Source: a virus | Lineage: Duplodnaviria; Caudoviricetes | Reading direction: 5' to 3' (one strand) | DNA: 64,000 nucleotides | Virus record (IMG/VR): IMGVR_UViG_3300012943_000004 | Coordinates: 1-64,000 of that record | Shown here: one piece after another, positions 18,391 to 28,476 of the stretch | How the letters are laid out: every line of letters begins with the position of its first letter | Position numbering within the stretch: the stretch's first letter is position 1 | Notes under the pieces: generated by a model | The model's input: the letters and a program-made list of their open reading frames with translations, nothing else | What the model was told of the DNA's origin: nothing | The model's database searches: none | Position numbers and translations under genes: made by a program

Positions 18391-21300
18391 TCAGCTCCGG
18401 GAGACTTGACTGTAGGGGATAGTGACAGTTGCATATTCACTTTGCCCAACACCTGCGAGCCGAGAAACCTGAAGATTCCCAACGTAGACAAAGTAGATAT
18501 CACCAAACGGAGTACGCAGATAGAACAGTGTGACACGAGACTTAAGATTCTCGAGCCGCTGCTTCTTGGATCGAGCGGTAGTGCCGCTATCATCGCGGAG
18601 CTGCAAAGTCATTGAACCAGTAATACCCCAATGACTACCTTGCTCGTAATGCCTTCCGCGACCGATGATGTCGTACTCTGCTTCTTCGTATTCATCTGTA
18701 TACTCGTCGGCTGTGACAATAGACAGCTTAAATGCTGTATCGCCAGGCGCCGGCGGATCAGGGTCAATCAGCCAGTAGCCGTCAGACTCTGGGAAAACAA
18801 TTATTGAGCCTTCGTCGTCAGACTCTACTTCATCTCCATACTCAGTGATGATCTGCGAAACTCGATAACTAATACGCGAACCAGTCGGCGCGAAGTAATC
18901 ATCGTATTCGTAATCATCCTGAATAGTAAAGTCCCTAAAAACTTCTTCTTCCTCTCCTACCTCATAAACAGGAAGGTCGTCACCAAATCCAGGACTTACG
19001 AGAACGTCGACCTGACGGTAGATAACCCAACAAAGGAAGGCGGCATCCCGATCATCGTCAGACCAAGTTACAGCGATATATCCCTTGTCGGGAGTATTGT
19101 ACAACGCCACGTTAACACTCTGGTCGGCTGGGGTCGCAGGGGGCGTCCATGCCGTATGGAATTGAACTCTATCTTCTGACTCCACTTGGTGCGCGTCACG
19201 CACCTGCGCAACGGCAGTATAGTTGTTATCATTGTGAAGTACTGACGTAGCAAGTCTGTAGTTAATCGAATACGAACCAGAAGCTGAGTACGGAACCCAA
19301 TCTGAATCGTAAACTAACTGACCGCTCTGCTCGATAGAGACTCGATAAAAAGTGATGTCCGCAAGAGGGCTAGCGTCTCCCTCAAAGATGATATACGGTC
19401 GCGGAGTTATAACATCTGTTACTCCATCAGGCGAAATGATTCCAATGGTGGCTGGATCTACCTCTACAAAAGTAACCCACTTAGAGTAAGCACCTTCGAT
19501 ATCATCCTTATCCCAGAGCTTAACTCGCCACTTCAGGAGCTCGTTCTTGTGTCCACTCCCAATCGGATCAGACAGATAGTTAGTCTGTCCTGAAGTAAGT
19601 TTTCCTGTATCCTCGAGAACGGATCCTGTTTCGTTAACAGCGATCTGAATCTGGAACGCAGTCTGTAGATCCTTGTCGTACGGATCGGTAAACTCCCAAC
19701 TTAAGAATACAGATCCATTCGTACCGTAAGAAACAGCCTGCCCATTTGTCGGCTGCAAGTTCGCTGCTGCTGGAGGATGAGAGATAATAAACCCAGCGCT
19801 ATTAACCTCCCACGGAGAAAGGTTGCCAAACTGATCGAGAGACGCTCCTCGAATATACCAAGTAACGCCCTGCTCTAGCTCCATAGACGAAGGCCAAGTA
19901 TCTGTAAACTTGTGGTAAACCCCATCTACATCTGTCCCCTCGACCTTGGCAAACTTATCATCAGTCTGCTGGAACTTCATTGGGTCAGGGAATCCCGAGC
20001 TGGTATCAATATGCCAGACGCCCTTCATGAGGGCCTCTGGTGACCGCATATCAATATCTGCATCCAGGGAAACAGGAGGGGTCGAAGTCGTCATTGTAGA
20101 GCTATCTTTAGGCGAGACTGCGTGCGGCGCCACGTTCTGAAAAGCATGCCTATGAACCAGAGTAAACTTATTATCGTTGTACTCATGGTAGTAAATAGAA
20201 TCATGAGTCGTTTGGTCTGTGTTTCTTCCGGTTCCACCGAGAATATAAGAAACAGTTACAGGGTCTCCGTTGTTGTTCCAATGGAAGAATCCACTCCAAC
20301 TGATCGTATCTAAATCTCTATCAATTGTTGCAACGTAATTCACTGGATCCTCTTGACCAACAGATCTTCCGCCAGTCTGCGCTGCAGTAATGAAGTTGAA
20401 GACATCCGACCCAAACGTCATTGAAAGGTTGTTCTCGCCATACAGCCTTCCGAACCCAGGCTTAAATGTCGATGGCTGAATCTTGGTCGTAAAATCCGTA
20501 CCATCCCAGCCATAGATAGCTGCAATAAACCTTGGATCCGTATACCATGTCATAAGTCCAAAAGCGAACTCGTTCGTTCCGCTCCTGAAAATATAAGTCT
20601 TTCGAGGACGCCCTGGCCAACTGATGTTATTAGGAATATCTCCTATATCAAGAGTTCTACGATCCGACCAGCCCGACATAGCGCCAGTTGACTCGTTAAG
20701 AGTTCCTGCATAGATAGTAACGCCGTAGTCGTGATTCTGTCGACAATAACTTACTGACAAAGCAATAGGACGCGCGGTGCCCGAGCCTCCGTCTAGCGAC
20801 TGAAGGCTAATGTCCTGAGTCCCTCCCTGAAGAGCGACATCGGTTAACAAAATCGTCTGTTGAGAAAGAACCCACGTGGAATCACTAGTCCGTCTGGTAT
20901 GCACGCGCAGACCACAATAGTTTGCGCCTCCCCCGCCTGTCGAGTCTCCGTAGAACAAAGCAACCGAAGGCACGTTGTTTCCGATAGTGATATCGCAGTC
21001 GTTATAACCAGGCGAGCCTGAATGCGCAGGAGCAATCTCCTCCTGCGAGCCGGCTGTCCAGTCACCGCCGCCAACGTTGTTAACTTTGCAGTACTTTACT
21101 TCTTTATCGTCGTTTATCCAGACAACGCCAAGAGAATCATCATCGAAAAGATCTGCGTTAACGATCATCGGCATGCGTAGCGGATCGTCTGGAACGATAG
21201 TCGCTACTCTGGTAAAGGTCACTCGGTCTGACGAATGGTAGACGAAGATCTTCTGATCGTCAGTTCCAGTTCCCCAGCCCGATGGACAGTCGCTATCATT

Positions 21301-21420
21301 AGTATCTCCAACGACAATAAGAAGATCCCCGTTAGACATATAGAGGGCATTTCTGCGGCTGCTCGTCGGAGTATGGTTTCCACCACGGCTAAGCCCGGAC
21401 TGGTATACTTCGTGAGCCAT
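18391..21420 (-). CDS. large minor tail protein: N-terminal beta-propeller-like domain, Ig/Fn3-like domains, C-terminal Dit-like region
   Basis: Directly after the tape measure; degenerate Asp-box YHSSDRVTF; SWEFTDP..DLQTAFQI Fn3-like; C-terminal IIGR...G.M.L ... YLRTPFG. Confidence 0.75.
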   Translation of the reverse strand: MAHEVYQSGLSRGGNHTPTSSRRNALYMSNGDLLIVVGDTNDSDCPSGWGTGTDDQKIFVYHSSDRVTFTRVATIVPDDPLRMPMIVNADLFDDDSLGVVWINDDKEVKYCKVNNVGGGDWTAGSQEEIAPAHSGSPGYNDCDITIGNNVPSVALFYGDSTGGGGANYCGLRVHTRRTSDSTWVLSQQTILLTDVALQGGTQDISLQSLDGGSGTARPIALSVSYCRQNHDYGVTIYAGTLNESTGAMSGWSDRRTLDIGDIPNNISWPGRPRKTYIFRSGTNEFAFGLMTWYTDPRFIAAIYGWDGTDFTTKIQPSTFKPGFGRLYGENNLSMTFGSDVFNFITAAQTGGRSVGQEDPVNYVATIDRDLDTISWSGFFHWNNNGDPVTVSYILGGTGRNTDQTTHDSIYYHEYNDNKFTLVHRHAFQNVAPHAVSPKDSSTMTTSTPPVSLDADIDMRSPEALMKGVWHIDTSSGFPDPMKFQQTDDKFAKVEGTDVDGVYHKFTDTWPSSMELEQGVTWYIRGASLDQFGNLSPWEVNSAGFIISHPPAAANLQPTNGQAVSYGTNGSVFLSWEFTDPYDKDLQTAFQIQIAVNETGSVLEDTGKLTSGQTNYLSDPIGSGHKNELLKWRVKLWDKDDIEGAYSKWVTFVEVDPATIGIISPDGVTDVITPRPYIIFEGDASPLADITFYRVSIEQSGQLVYDSDWVPYSASGSYSINYRLATSVLHNDNNYTAVAQVRDAHQVESEDRVQFHTAWTPPATPADQSVNVALYNTPDKGYIAVTWSDDDRDAAFLCWVIYRQVDVLVSPGFGDDLPVYEVGEEEEVFRDFTIQDDYEYDDYFAPTGSRISYRVSQIITEYGDEVESDDEGSIIVFPESDGYWLIDPDPPAPGDTAFKLSIVTADEYTDEYEEAEYDIIGRGRHYEQGSHWGITGSMTLQLRDDSGTTARSKKQRLENLKSRVTLFYLRTPFGDIYFVYVGNLQVSRLAGVGQSEYATVTIPYSQVSRS

Positions 21421-24400
21421 TACTGCTTACCTCCAGCTAGAACCTTCAAGTTCCTCACAAACTCCTTTGCGTCCTTGCCGGACTCGATGTTCGGGAAGCT
21501 GAGGTCGCCATTAAAGATGAATGTATTACCGCCGGAGCGTGACGGCGCATTAAATCTTTCTTCAGAATCAAGCGCGCCGCGGTTTACGATTCTACGAAGA
21601 GTTCCCCACTGATTAGTAGTAAAGACCGGCTCTACTCCGCTAGTCCCATTATATGCAAGACCTGGAGGCATATAGCCTCCCTTGTCGAAGTGGAACAAAT
21701 GCTTGAAGCCTTCAACGACTCCGATACCAAGGGGACTATGAGCGATATCACCGACAGCTTGCGAGACGGCGTTCTTAATCACAGGGTATCCCATATGAAC
21801 CATATCGGAAGTCATTCCCATTATCTGCTTTGGAAATAAGCCGGGCATATCATCTAAGCCATCATGCGCCTTGTCGATCAAGCCAAGGAACTCTTTTGGC
21901 AATCCGATAAGATTCTTAATGGTATCCCAGCCCTTAGTGCTACCCCCGCTAGACATATGGAGGAACTGCGACGTTGCGGGGCCGAGGTGCATCATTTGAG
22001 TAAAGTATGGATCGAGCGGACTACGAGCGCCTGAGCCAACGGCTGGCCCATGCCCTCCGTAGGACTCAACATTAAGTCCCATGATGTTTCCTGCAGTATG
22101 TCCAATCCCTGACATACTCCAGTCCGGCGTCCAGGCGATAGTGAAGAATCCCGGCCCTGGCTGAAATCCAGCCCAAGGCATCGAAGCTGTAGAACCAAGT
22201 CGACTATATGGATACTCGCCGCGCATCACGTTAGTCAGTGCGCTCATGAATCCAGAACAGTCATATCCGCTCGGCCCAACGCCGCCCCATAGATAAGGCT
22301 TGCCAACCTGCTGTTTAGCGAACGCCTGCGCATCACTGTAAGCAAAGCCACCAGTGCCTCCGCTGCCGCCAGTGTCGCCTCCGTGCGCAAACGCAGGAAC
22401 ATATCTTCCTGTATTAAGTGCATCGAGGAAGCCGGGGCGCTCCTTCTGGAGTCTACGAGTAGCCTTCTGCTTAATAACATACTCGTTAGGCATGAACATT
22501 CCAAGTTGAGAATCCTTGAATCCAGATCCCGGAATCCTGCCGCCAGACTTAAGGTCAAGCATACCACCAGCCGCGTGACCTAATGGATAGATCTTATCTA
22601 GAGCCTGGTCAACCTTCCCTAAACTGAAAACACTGATAATACGGTTTACGATGGGAACAACCCCTTCATCATAAACAGTATTGATGAAGAACTTCAGTGG
22701 CGACTCAAGAATAGAGCGCAGATCATTCCAGTGTCCCTTGATGGCCGCAACTGCATCCCTGAATACTCGCGGAAGCCTGTCAGTAACGAAGCTCGCAACA
22801 GCATTCAACGTATGAGAAATATGGTCTGTCCATATACTTGCAATAGTCTGCCATAGGTTTCTCAAGTACCCAAGAATCAGACCTACGCCATTCATAAACG
22901 CTTGCGGTAAAGTACTAAGAATGAAGTTGCGAATCCTGTCAAACCATGTAATCACAAAGTTAACTGCCGGGCGAACAATAGCGACAAGACGGTTATACAT
23001 CCAGACGAACCAGCCGATAACTCCATGCACAGCAAGACTTATGATCCCAAGTATAGTCCTTCTCCACCTGGACCAAGTATCATTGAGCCAATTCAGTACG
23101 CCGAGAATTACATCCTTAATTCGCCCAGCCAGCCACTTAAAGGCAGCAAGCAAGGGCTTAATGAACGCCCATAGAATAGCCCATATAAGCTTTAATATAG
23201 CCTTTAGAGAGTCGTAGAAATACTGGAATGGCGCAATCATAAGATCAAACAGATTATCCCATGCGCCCGCAAAGTCTCCTGCCAGGAGATCAATAATTAT
23301 ATTGAACACGTCAACAATGATTCGAGCAAAAAACTTAATATTGATAATAATGATATCAAGTGCTGGACCAATAACTTTGTTGAACGCCCACAGGACCGCC
23401 GCAGCAAAGACTACAACTGACGCAAGCGCCGCAGCAAAGACAATCTTGAATACGAACCACAAGTGCTGAAGTGCTGGAATGAGATTCTTGAACGACTCCT
23501 GTACCCTTGCTAACTCTGGCCCAACCTCCATAAAGAACTTGACTAACTTATCGCCAATAATCTGAAGTGTATCGATAATACCCGGACCAACAATTTTCCA
23601 GATAAACCCAAGAAGATTACTGAAATACTTGACCGGAGGAGCAGCCTTTGCTAGAGATTCATTTAAGTTGTCTCCAAGCCCCTTGAATGGACTCCCGAAG
23701 GAATGACTCCTTGACTCAATCTTGTCCATCCAGCCGGTGACAGCTGGCGTAATGTTTTTGCTGATCCAGTCAACTGCGTCAGTCCAGTACTGCTTGAATG
23801 GAGCGAACGGATTGAGGTCTCCAAACGATCCCTCAAGTTGCTTATTAAGCTGATCAGTAAACTTATCGATTTGCGGAACCTGAGATTTCCAGTTCTTTCG
23901 GAGAGCAGTTCCAGTTCCTCCTACAGCAGGGAATCCGCCCTTGTTTGCATTGAGAGCGAGATCGAACGCCGACTGATCCTTCTTGCCACCTGCGGCTTTA
24001 TTAAGCTTTTGATACTGCGCAGTCAGCGCGGCGAGGATCTTCTTCTCGTCGTCAAGTTTATTCTGATAAGCATCCCTACGAGCGGTAAGTTGATCGACAA
24101 CGCGCTGCTGGCGCTCGACCGCTCTCGATGCTTCGTCAACCTTCTGACTATAGTAATCAATCTGCTGATTAGACTTTTTAATACCCTGCATGATCTGCTG
24201 AAAAGACAGTTCCTTGAGTTGATTAGCGGCCTGGTCGATCCTGCGCTGTAACGCATCAAAGCGCATAGCCTTTACGAGGTCAAGCCTCTGTGCTTCTGTT
24301 TGTAAAGCATCAAGCTTTGCCTGAAGCTTCTCAAGTGCCCTGGCCTGCTCTTCGTACTTGTCTTTCTGCTGATCCAGCTTCTTGATCTGATCGTCGTAGC

Positions 24401-27400
24401 CCTTTAGGATCTCACTTCCCGCGCCAGCCTGACGAAGGTTTTCTTGAGTTCCACGAAGGATCTCCTGAGCCCCATTGATCGAATCAAGCTTGGCCTTAAT
24501 GTCATCCAAGGAGCCGTACGCCTTGGACATCTTCAGGATAGCAAGATTAAGCTTGTTCTGTGCCTGCTCGTTACGGAAGATCTTATCCTCCATAGCGCCC
24601 ATTCCCTTGAGCGGAGCGTTAGCATAGTACTGGAGCATGTCCTGCGCTTGCGCAAGCTTGTCCTGATAGTCCTGCAGTGTCTTTTGGAGAGCCTCTAGCT
24701 TTGCCTGCTCGATAACAAGTCGAGCGTTAAGCGCATCTACTGCATGCTGCCACTTGGCGACAACTGCAGCCTGTGCATTAATAAGGCCCTGTGTTACCCG
24801 CAAGCCTGAATTAATTCGATCTATCTCAGCTTCGAGTGCCTTGAGAGCCGCAAGGCTCGTCGCGGACGATATAGGTAGCTGTATCGCTTGACCTTGCGAG
24901 CCGCCGCCTCCACCGCCACCTCCCGAGAAGCCTTGCTGCGCAACTTGCTTAAAAGCGCCATGTACTTCCTTAGCGTGACCTTGGGCCTTCTTTGAAGTAT
25001 CTGCGTGATGCTGCTGTACCTGGCCCATTCCCTTCTGAGTGTTCTCAATCAGAGAAGGAGAGTGATGGGCGAACGGGTTGAGGTAACTAAACCACTCATA
25101 AACCTGAAGTGCCGCATCACGAACGACTCGCACAACAGCGATCATTGCGCCTTGAATCGAAACAGGCAAAGACATAAATCGATCGACAATAAAGCCAATC
25201 AAATTATCGAAGTAAGAACGAACAGAGTTAAAGGCTGTTCTGATCCAGTTAATTAGCTGGAAGAATAACTGCGTAATCTTATCCCTGAAAATATACAGAA
25301 GACTGACTACGGCGAGGACAGCGTAAGTCCAAGGACTAGTAAGCACAGCGACTATCGCAGTTCCTACTGCGGCTAGAATCGGCGGGAGACCTGCGTAGAT
25401 AAGAGCAAGCGAAGCGGTTCCGGCTGCCCAGATAACCTTTAATGCATTCCACATTCCAGTAGTCGCGGCAAGCATCCAGAGCCTAAACTTCGTAAAAAGA
25501 CTCAACTGCTCTGTAACGCCTACGATACTGATAATTCTTAGCCATGTCCAGGTGGCTGCCCATATTCCCATAAGGGAGGCGCGTAGCGCTCCGAAGATTG
25601 CAGGAATTGCACCAAAGCCCGTAAGAATTACTCTTACGATTCCAGTTGTAAATAACTGCGTCATAGCAGTAATTGCGATCCAGCCCAACTGCCAGATCTT
25701 CCCCCACACCAGCAGCATCTTTTGGAAAATACTACCCTGTGCTCCAAGAAGCATGAACTCGAATGCGAGTTGCACGCGAGCCGCAGCAACCATGCCTCGC
25801 ATGAAAGCCCAGAACGCAATCCATGCAACCTCCATAGTCCTAAGCCAAGCAAAAAAAGCAATCCCGGCTGTCCTCATAAATACAAACGCAGCCTGGACTC
25901 CCTTTGCGCCAGCCATTGCGACTTTAGGAAGAAGCTTAAACTTAACAAGCAAAAAATCTAACACAAGCGCTACGCCATTATAGATCCGAACTGCAGATCC
26001 CCAAAGTACCTGAACTGCAATGAACTCAACAAACGAAGCTATTGCGCCCCCAATTGCAATTCCAAGCTTTACGAAAGCTTTCGCAAGAAGATAGGGAGCA
26101 AGAACAATATACTTAATTCCCTCAGCGAAGGTAACAAACAAAGTGATAAACGAGCCAAGGTAACGAAGAAGTGGTCCGACCACAGCGAGAAGTAGCAGGC
26201 TCAATGCGATGAACTTCTGTATCTCAGGATTCAACTGACTAAACTTCTGAACCCAACGCTCGATCATTCCTGCAATACCAATAAGGTACGGAAGAAGTGG
26301 CGCGATTACATTTGCCATCGCATTCTGAAGCATAACCCAAATCTGCTTAAGCTTCTGTGGGTTAGACGACAGAACAGTATTGAGCTCTTTCTGAGCGATC
26401 GTGAAAACTTGCGCTCGCGTTGCAGTTGCATTTAATGCTGCTGCGTAATAACTCTGCTTGTCGCCAATAGCATCAAGTAGGGTAGTAAGCTTGTTGACCT
26501 GATACCTTCCGGCAATAGTGGAAGCAATAGCAAGACGCTGGCCCTCGTTAACTTCCTTCCAGCCGTCCGCCATCTGAATAAGCTTGTCTTGCGCACTTCC
26601 TGAACGCCAAGCAACTCCATCAATGTTAACTCCGAGAGCTTCTAGAGCCTCATTGACCGCCTTGGTTGGCGCCTCGATTCGACTGATAATAGTCTTAAGG
26701 GCGTTACCGGCTTGCGCGGCAGAGCCTGACGCGGGAACAAGCGCCGCAATATCTGCACCAAGGTATCGAGTGCTAATTCCAGCCTGCTTCGCAACAGACG
26801 CTACGCGAGCAAACGCTGTAATTAAGTCTGGCATTGTTACAGCAGTTTGGTTCTCAATCGCATTCATCTGTGAGAGAACATAGTTAAGCTGAATAGCACT
26901 TAGCTTATACTGTGCCTGAATTGAGATAAGAGCCTTGGTAGCCTCGACTGCATCCATGTCACCAATAACGATAGCCTTCATCGTTAGTTCCACAGAACGC
27001 GCTAAAGCAATTCCAGACGCGCCAGCAGCCGCCCATGCAGCAGCGATGTCGATAACGTCCTTACGAGACTTACCGTACTTGTTTGAGAGCGCCTCGAACG
27101 CATTACCAAGTGCTGTAATCTCGTCGGTTGCAATCTTTGCTGCCTTATCCTCCGCCATCTGGCGGGAAAGATCTTTGTTCTGCTTCATTAGATAGCGAAC
27201 GGCCGCAGCCTGGTTACCGTAGACCTTAGTAAGGTTTGCAGTAGACTTTTCGATATCTAACTGGAACTTAGTCGCAGCTCCTGCAGCAAGCAGGATAGGC
27301 AAAGTAAAGTTGTACTGGATCTGTCGACCAGTCCACTGGAGTCTATTTCCGAACTTGAGCAAGTTCGACATCTGGCCTTGCCCAATAATAGGCGTGCGAG

Positions 27401-27512
27401 AAGCACGAGCCGCAGATGCGGCCACGGCGTCGGTCTCGGCCTTAATGCCGGCAAGTTTAGCTTGAGCATTAGTGGTTACCGCTCGGACCTGGATGGTCAT
27501 ATAAGAATACAA
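21420..27512 (-). CDS. tape measure protein with C-terminal NlpC/P60 peptidase domain
   Basis: 2030 aa; TP901-type N-terminal region, hydrophobic helical repeats, coiled coil; GKPYLWGGVGPSGYDCSGF ... GHTA. Confidence 0.95.
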   Translation of the reverse strand: MYSYMTIQVRAVTTNAQAKLAGIKAETDAVAASAARASRTPIIGQGQMSNLLKFGNRLQWTGRQIQYNFTLPILLAAGAATKFQLDIEKSTANLTKVYGNQAAAVRYLMKQNKDLSRQMAEDKAAKIATDEITALGNAFEALSNKYGKSRKDVIDIAAAWAAAGASGIALARSVELTMKAIVIGDMDAVEATKALISIQAQYKLSAIQLNYVLSQMNAIENQTAVTMPDLITAFARVASVAKQAGISTRYLGADIAALVPASGSAAQAGNALKTIISRIEAPTKAVNEALEALGVNIDGVAWRSGSAQDKLIQMADGWKEVNEGQRLAIASTIAGRYQVNKLTTLLDAIGDKQSYYAAALNATATRAQVFTIAQKELNTVLSSNPQKLKQIWVMLQNAMANVIAPLLPYLIGIAGMIERWVQKFSQLNPEIQKFIALSLLLLAVVGPLLRYLGSFITLFVTFAEGIKYIVLAPYLLAKAFVKLGIAIGGAIASFVEFIAVQVLWGSAVRIYNGVALVLDFLLVKFKLLPKVAMAGAKGVQAAFVFMRTAGIAFFAWLRTMEVAWIAFWAFMRGMVAAARVQLAFEFMLLGAQGSIFQKMLLVWGKIWQLGWIAITAMTQLFTTGIVRVILTGFGAIPAIFGALRASLMGIWAATWTWLRIISIVGVTEQLSLFTKFRLWMLAATTGMWNALKVIWAAGTASLALIYAGLPPILAAVGTAIVAVLTSPWTYAVLAVVSLLYIFRDKITQLFFQLINWIRTAFNSVRSYFDNLIGFIVDRFMSLPVSIQGAMIAVVRVVRDAALQVYEWFSYLNPFAHHSPSLIENTQKGMGQVQQHHADTSKKAQGHAKEVHGAFKQVAQQGFSGGGGGGGGSQGQAIQLPISSATSLAALKALEAEIDRINSGLRVTQGLINAQAAVVAKWQHAVDALNARLVIEQAKLEALQKTLQDYQDKLAQAQDMLQYYANAPLKGMGAMEDKIFRNEQAQNKLNLAILKMSKAYGSLDDIKAKLDSINGAQEILRGTQENLRQAGAGSEILKGYDDQIKKLDQQKDKYEEQARALEKLQAKLDALQTEAQRLDLVKAMRFDALQRRIDQAANQLKELSFQQIMQGIKKSNQQIDYYSQKVDEASRAVERQQRVVDQLTARRDAYQNKLDDEKKILAALTAQYQKLNKAAGGKKDQSAFDLALNANKGGFPAVGGTGTALRKNWKSQVPQIDKFTDQLNKQLEGSFGDLNPFAPFKQYWTDAVDWISKNITPAVTGWMDKIESRSHSFGSPFKGLGDNLNESLAKAAPPVKYFSNLLGFIWKIVGPGIIDTLQIIGDKLVKFFMEVGPELARVQESFKNLIPALQHLWFVFKIVFAAALASVVVFAAAVLWAFNKVIGPALDIIIINIKFFARIIVDVFNIIIDLLAGDFAGAWDNLFDLMIAPFQYFYDSLKAILKLIWAILWAFIKPLLAAFKWLAGRIKDVILGVLNWLNDTWSRWRRTILGIISLAVHGVIGWFVWMYNRLVAIVRPAVNFVITWFDRIRNFILSTLPQAFMNGVGLILGYLRNLWQTIASIWTDHISHTLNAVASFVTDRLPRVFRDAVAAIKGHWNDLRSILESPLKFFINTVYDEGVVPIVNRIISVFSLGKVDQALDKIYPLGHAAGGMLDLKSGGRIPGSGFKDSQLGMFMPNEYVIKQKATRRLQKERPGFLDALNTGRYVPAFAHGGDTGGSGGTGGFAYSDAQAFAKQQVGKPYLWGGVGPSGYDCSGFMSALTNVMRGEYPYSRLGSTASMPWAGFQPGPGFFTIAWTPDWSMSGIGHTAGNIMGLNVESYGGHGPAVGSGARSPLDPYFTQMMHLGPATSQFLHMSSGGSTKGWDTIKNLIGLPKEFLGLIDKAHDGLDDMPGLFPKQIMGMTSDMVHMGYPVIKNAVSQAVGDIAHSPLGIGVVEGFKHLFHFDKGGYMPPGLAYNGTSGVEPVFTTNQWGTLRRIVNRGALDSEERFNAPSRSGGNTFIFNGDLSFPNIESGKDAKEFVRNLKVLAGGKQ

Positions 27513-27576
27513 GACTTACCTGTCCGATCTTAGAAGATCTTTATGGACCTCTTGTGTCCGAATGACTTGTACAGCA

Positions 27577-27621
27577 TAGAGCGCGTTCCCGGCATATGTC
27601 CAGCACCGGGAACGCGCTCTA
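27577..27621. terminator. 16-bp perfect hairpin between tail chaperone and tape measure genes
   Basis: TAGAGCGCGTTCCCGG (27577-27592) / CCGGGAACGCGCTCTA (27606-27621); no U-tract. Confidence 0.55.
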
Positions 27622-27626
27622 ATGAA

Positions 27627-28372
27627 TCAATGCGGCCTTGATCCGCCTCTGCCCATCCTTGCGTTCCTCTTTGACTCCTCTGCCTTGCGCTGCTTTTCAT
27701 CTTCAGCGGCACGTTCCATAAGAACGTAATATGCCTTCTCTACGAAATCAGGATGCTGATCATAGAGTCCACCGGCTGCAGGAAGATGTCTCCAGCTAGT
27801 TAAGTCACAGAGAGTAAATATTCTAAAGAACGGATGAGGTCTACCTGGGATTTCTTTTCCGCGAACAAAGAGATCTACTTGTTCGCGGAACCAGATTCCC
27901 CCGCTTCTCGGTCAATCGCCTGCTGAAGGAGGTCTTGGAGCTCTTCGATCTGCTCTCGAATCATATCGGCTGTCATGTCACCCTGAATCCAGGGGTTCGC
28001 CTTACGAATCGCCATCTCCAACTTTTCGACCAGAGCGACCGGGGCCGTCTCGAGCCACTTGCGAAGCATCTGTTTACTGAACAGAATCGCCTCGCCGCCC
28101 TTATAAAGATTCCAGCCAGTAACGCTGGTCTCAATAAGTGCGTGACGCTCCTTGCCTGGGTCCATCTTGATTTGCGAGTTACCGCCTCGAGTCATTGTAA
28201 CGTCGACGCGGTTCTTACTCTGATACTCGGTCTTCTGGCCTTCATTCATCACCTGAATGATGAAGTACTGCTTTCCGTCAGGAAGCATATGCTTTGCGGT
28301 CTCGTCTGTGCCCCAATAGTCCACGTACTCGACTACAACTTCATCCTGCAGCAAGCCTGGTGCTTCAGTCAT
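27627..28372 (-). CDS. tail assembly chaperone, long form via programmed -1 frameshift at 27896-27902
   Basis: G GGG GAA slippery site; the -1 frame reads GIWFREQVDLF...HLPAAGGLYDQHPDFVE... to TGA at 27629-27627; LPxxGGLxDQ is typical of the gpGT part. Confidence 0.85.
27875..28372 (-). CDS. tail assembly chaperone, short form
   Basis: 165-aa ORF after the tail tube gene; IETSVTGWNL pattern. Confidence 0.85.
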   Translation of the reverse strand: MTEAPGLLQDEVVVEYVDYWGTDETAKHMLPDGKQYFIIQVMNEGQKTEYQSKNRVDVTMTRGGNSQIKMDPGKERHALIETSVTGWNLYKGGEAILFSKQMLRKWLETAPVALVEKLEMAIRKANPWIQGDMTADMIREQIEELQDLLQQAIDREAGESGSANK

Positions 28373-28425
28373 GTCCTGTGCCCCTTTCGATGGGCTATTT
28401 GGATTTTCGCTTTAGTTTTCATGGA

Positions 28426-28473
28426 ACATCCCATCGACTAGACTCCAGCGATACGAGCCTAGCCGATGGGATG
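28426..28473. terminator. hairpin directly after the major tail gene
   Basis: CATCCCATCG / CGATGGGATG 10-bp arms with inner CTAG and CTC/GAG pairing. Confidence 0.45.
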
Positions 28474-28476
28474 CGC

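Noticed and set aside
8821-21420. Diversity-generating retroelement acting on tail or Mtd_N-like genes
   Set aside because: No reverse transcriptase and no template/variable repeat pair differing at adenines was seen
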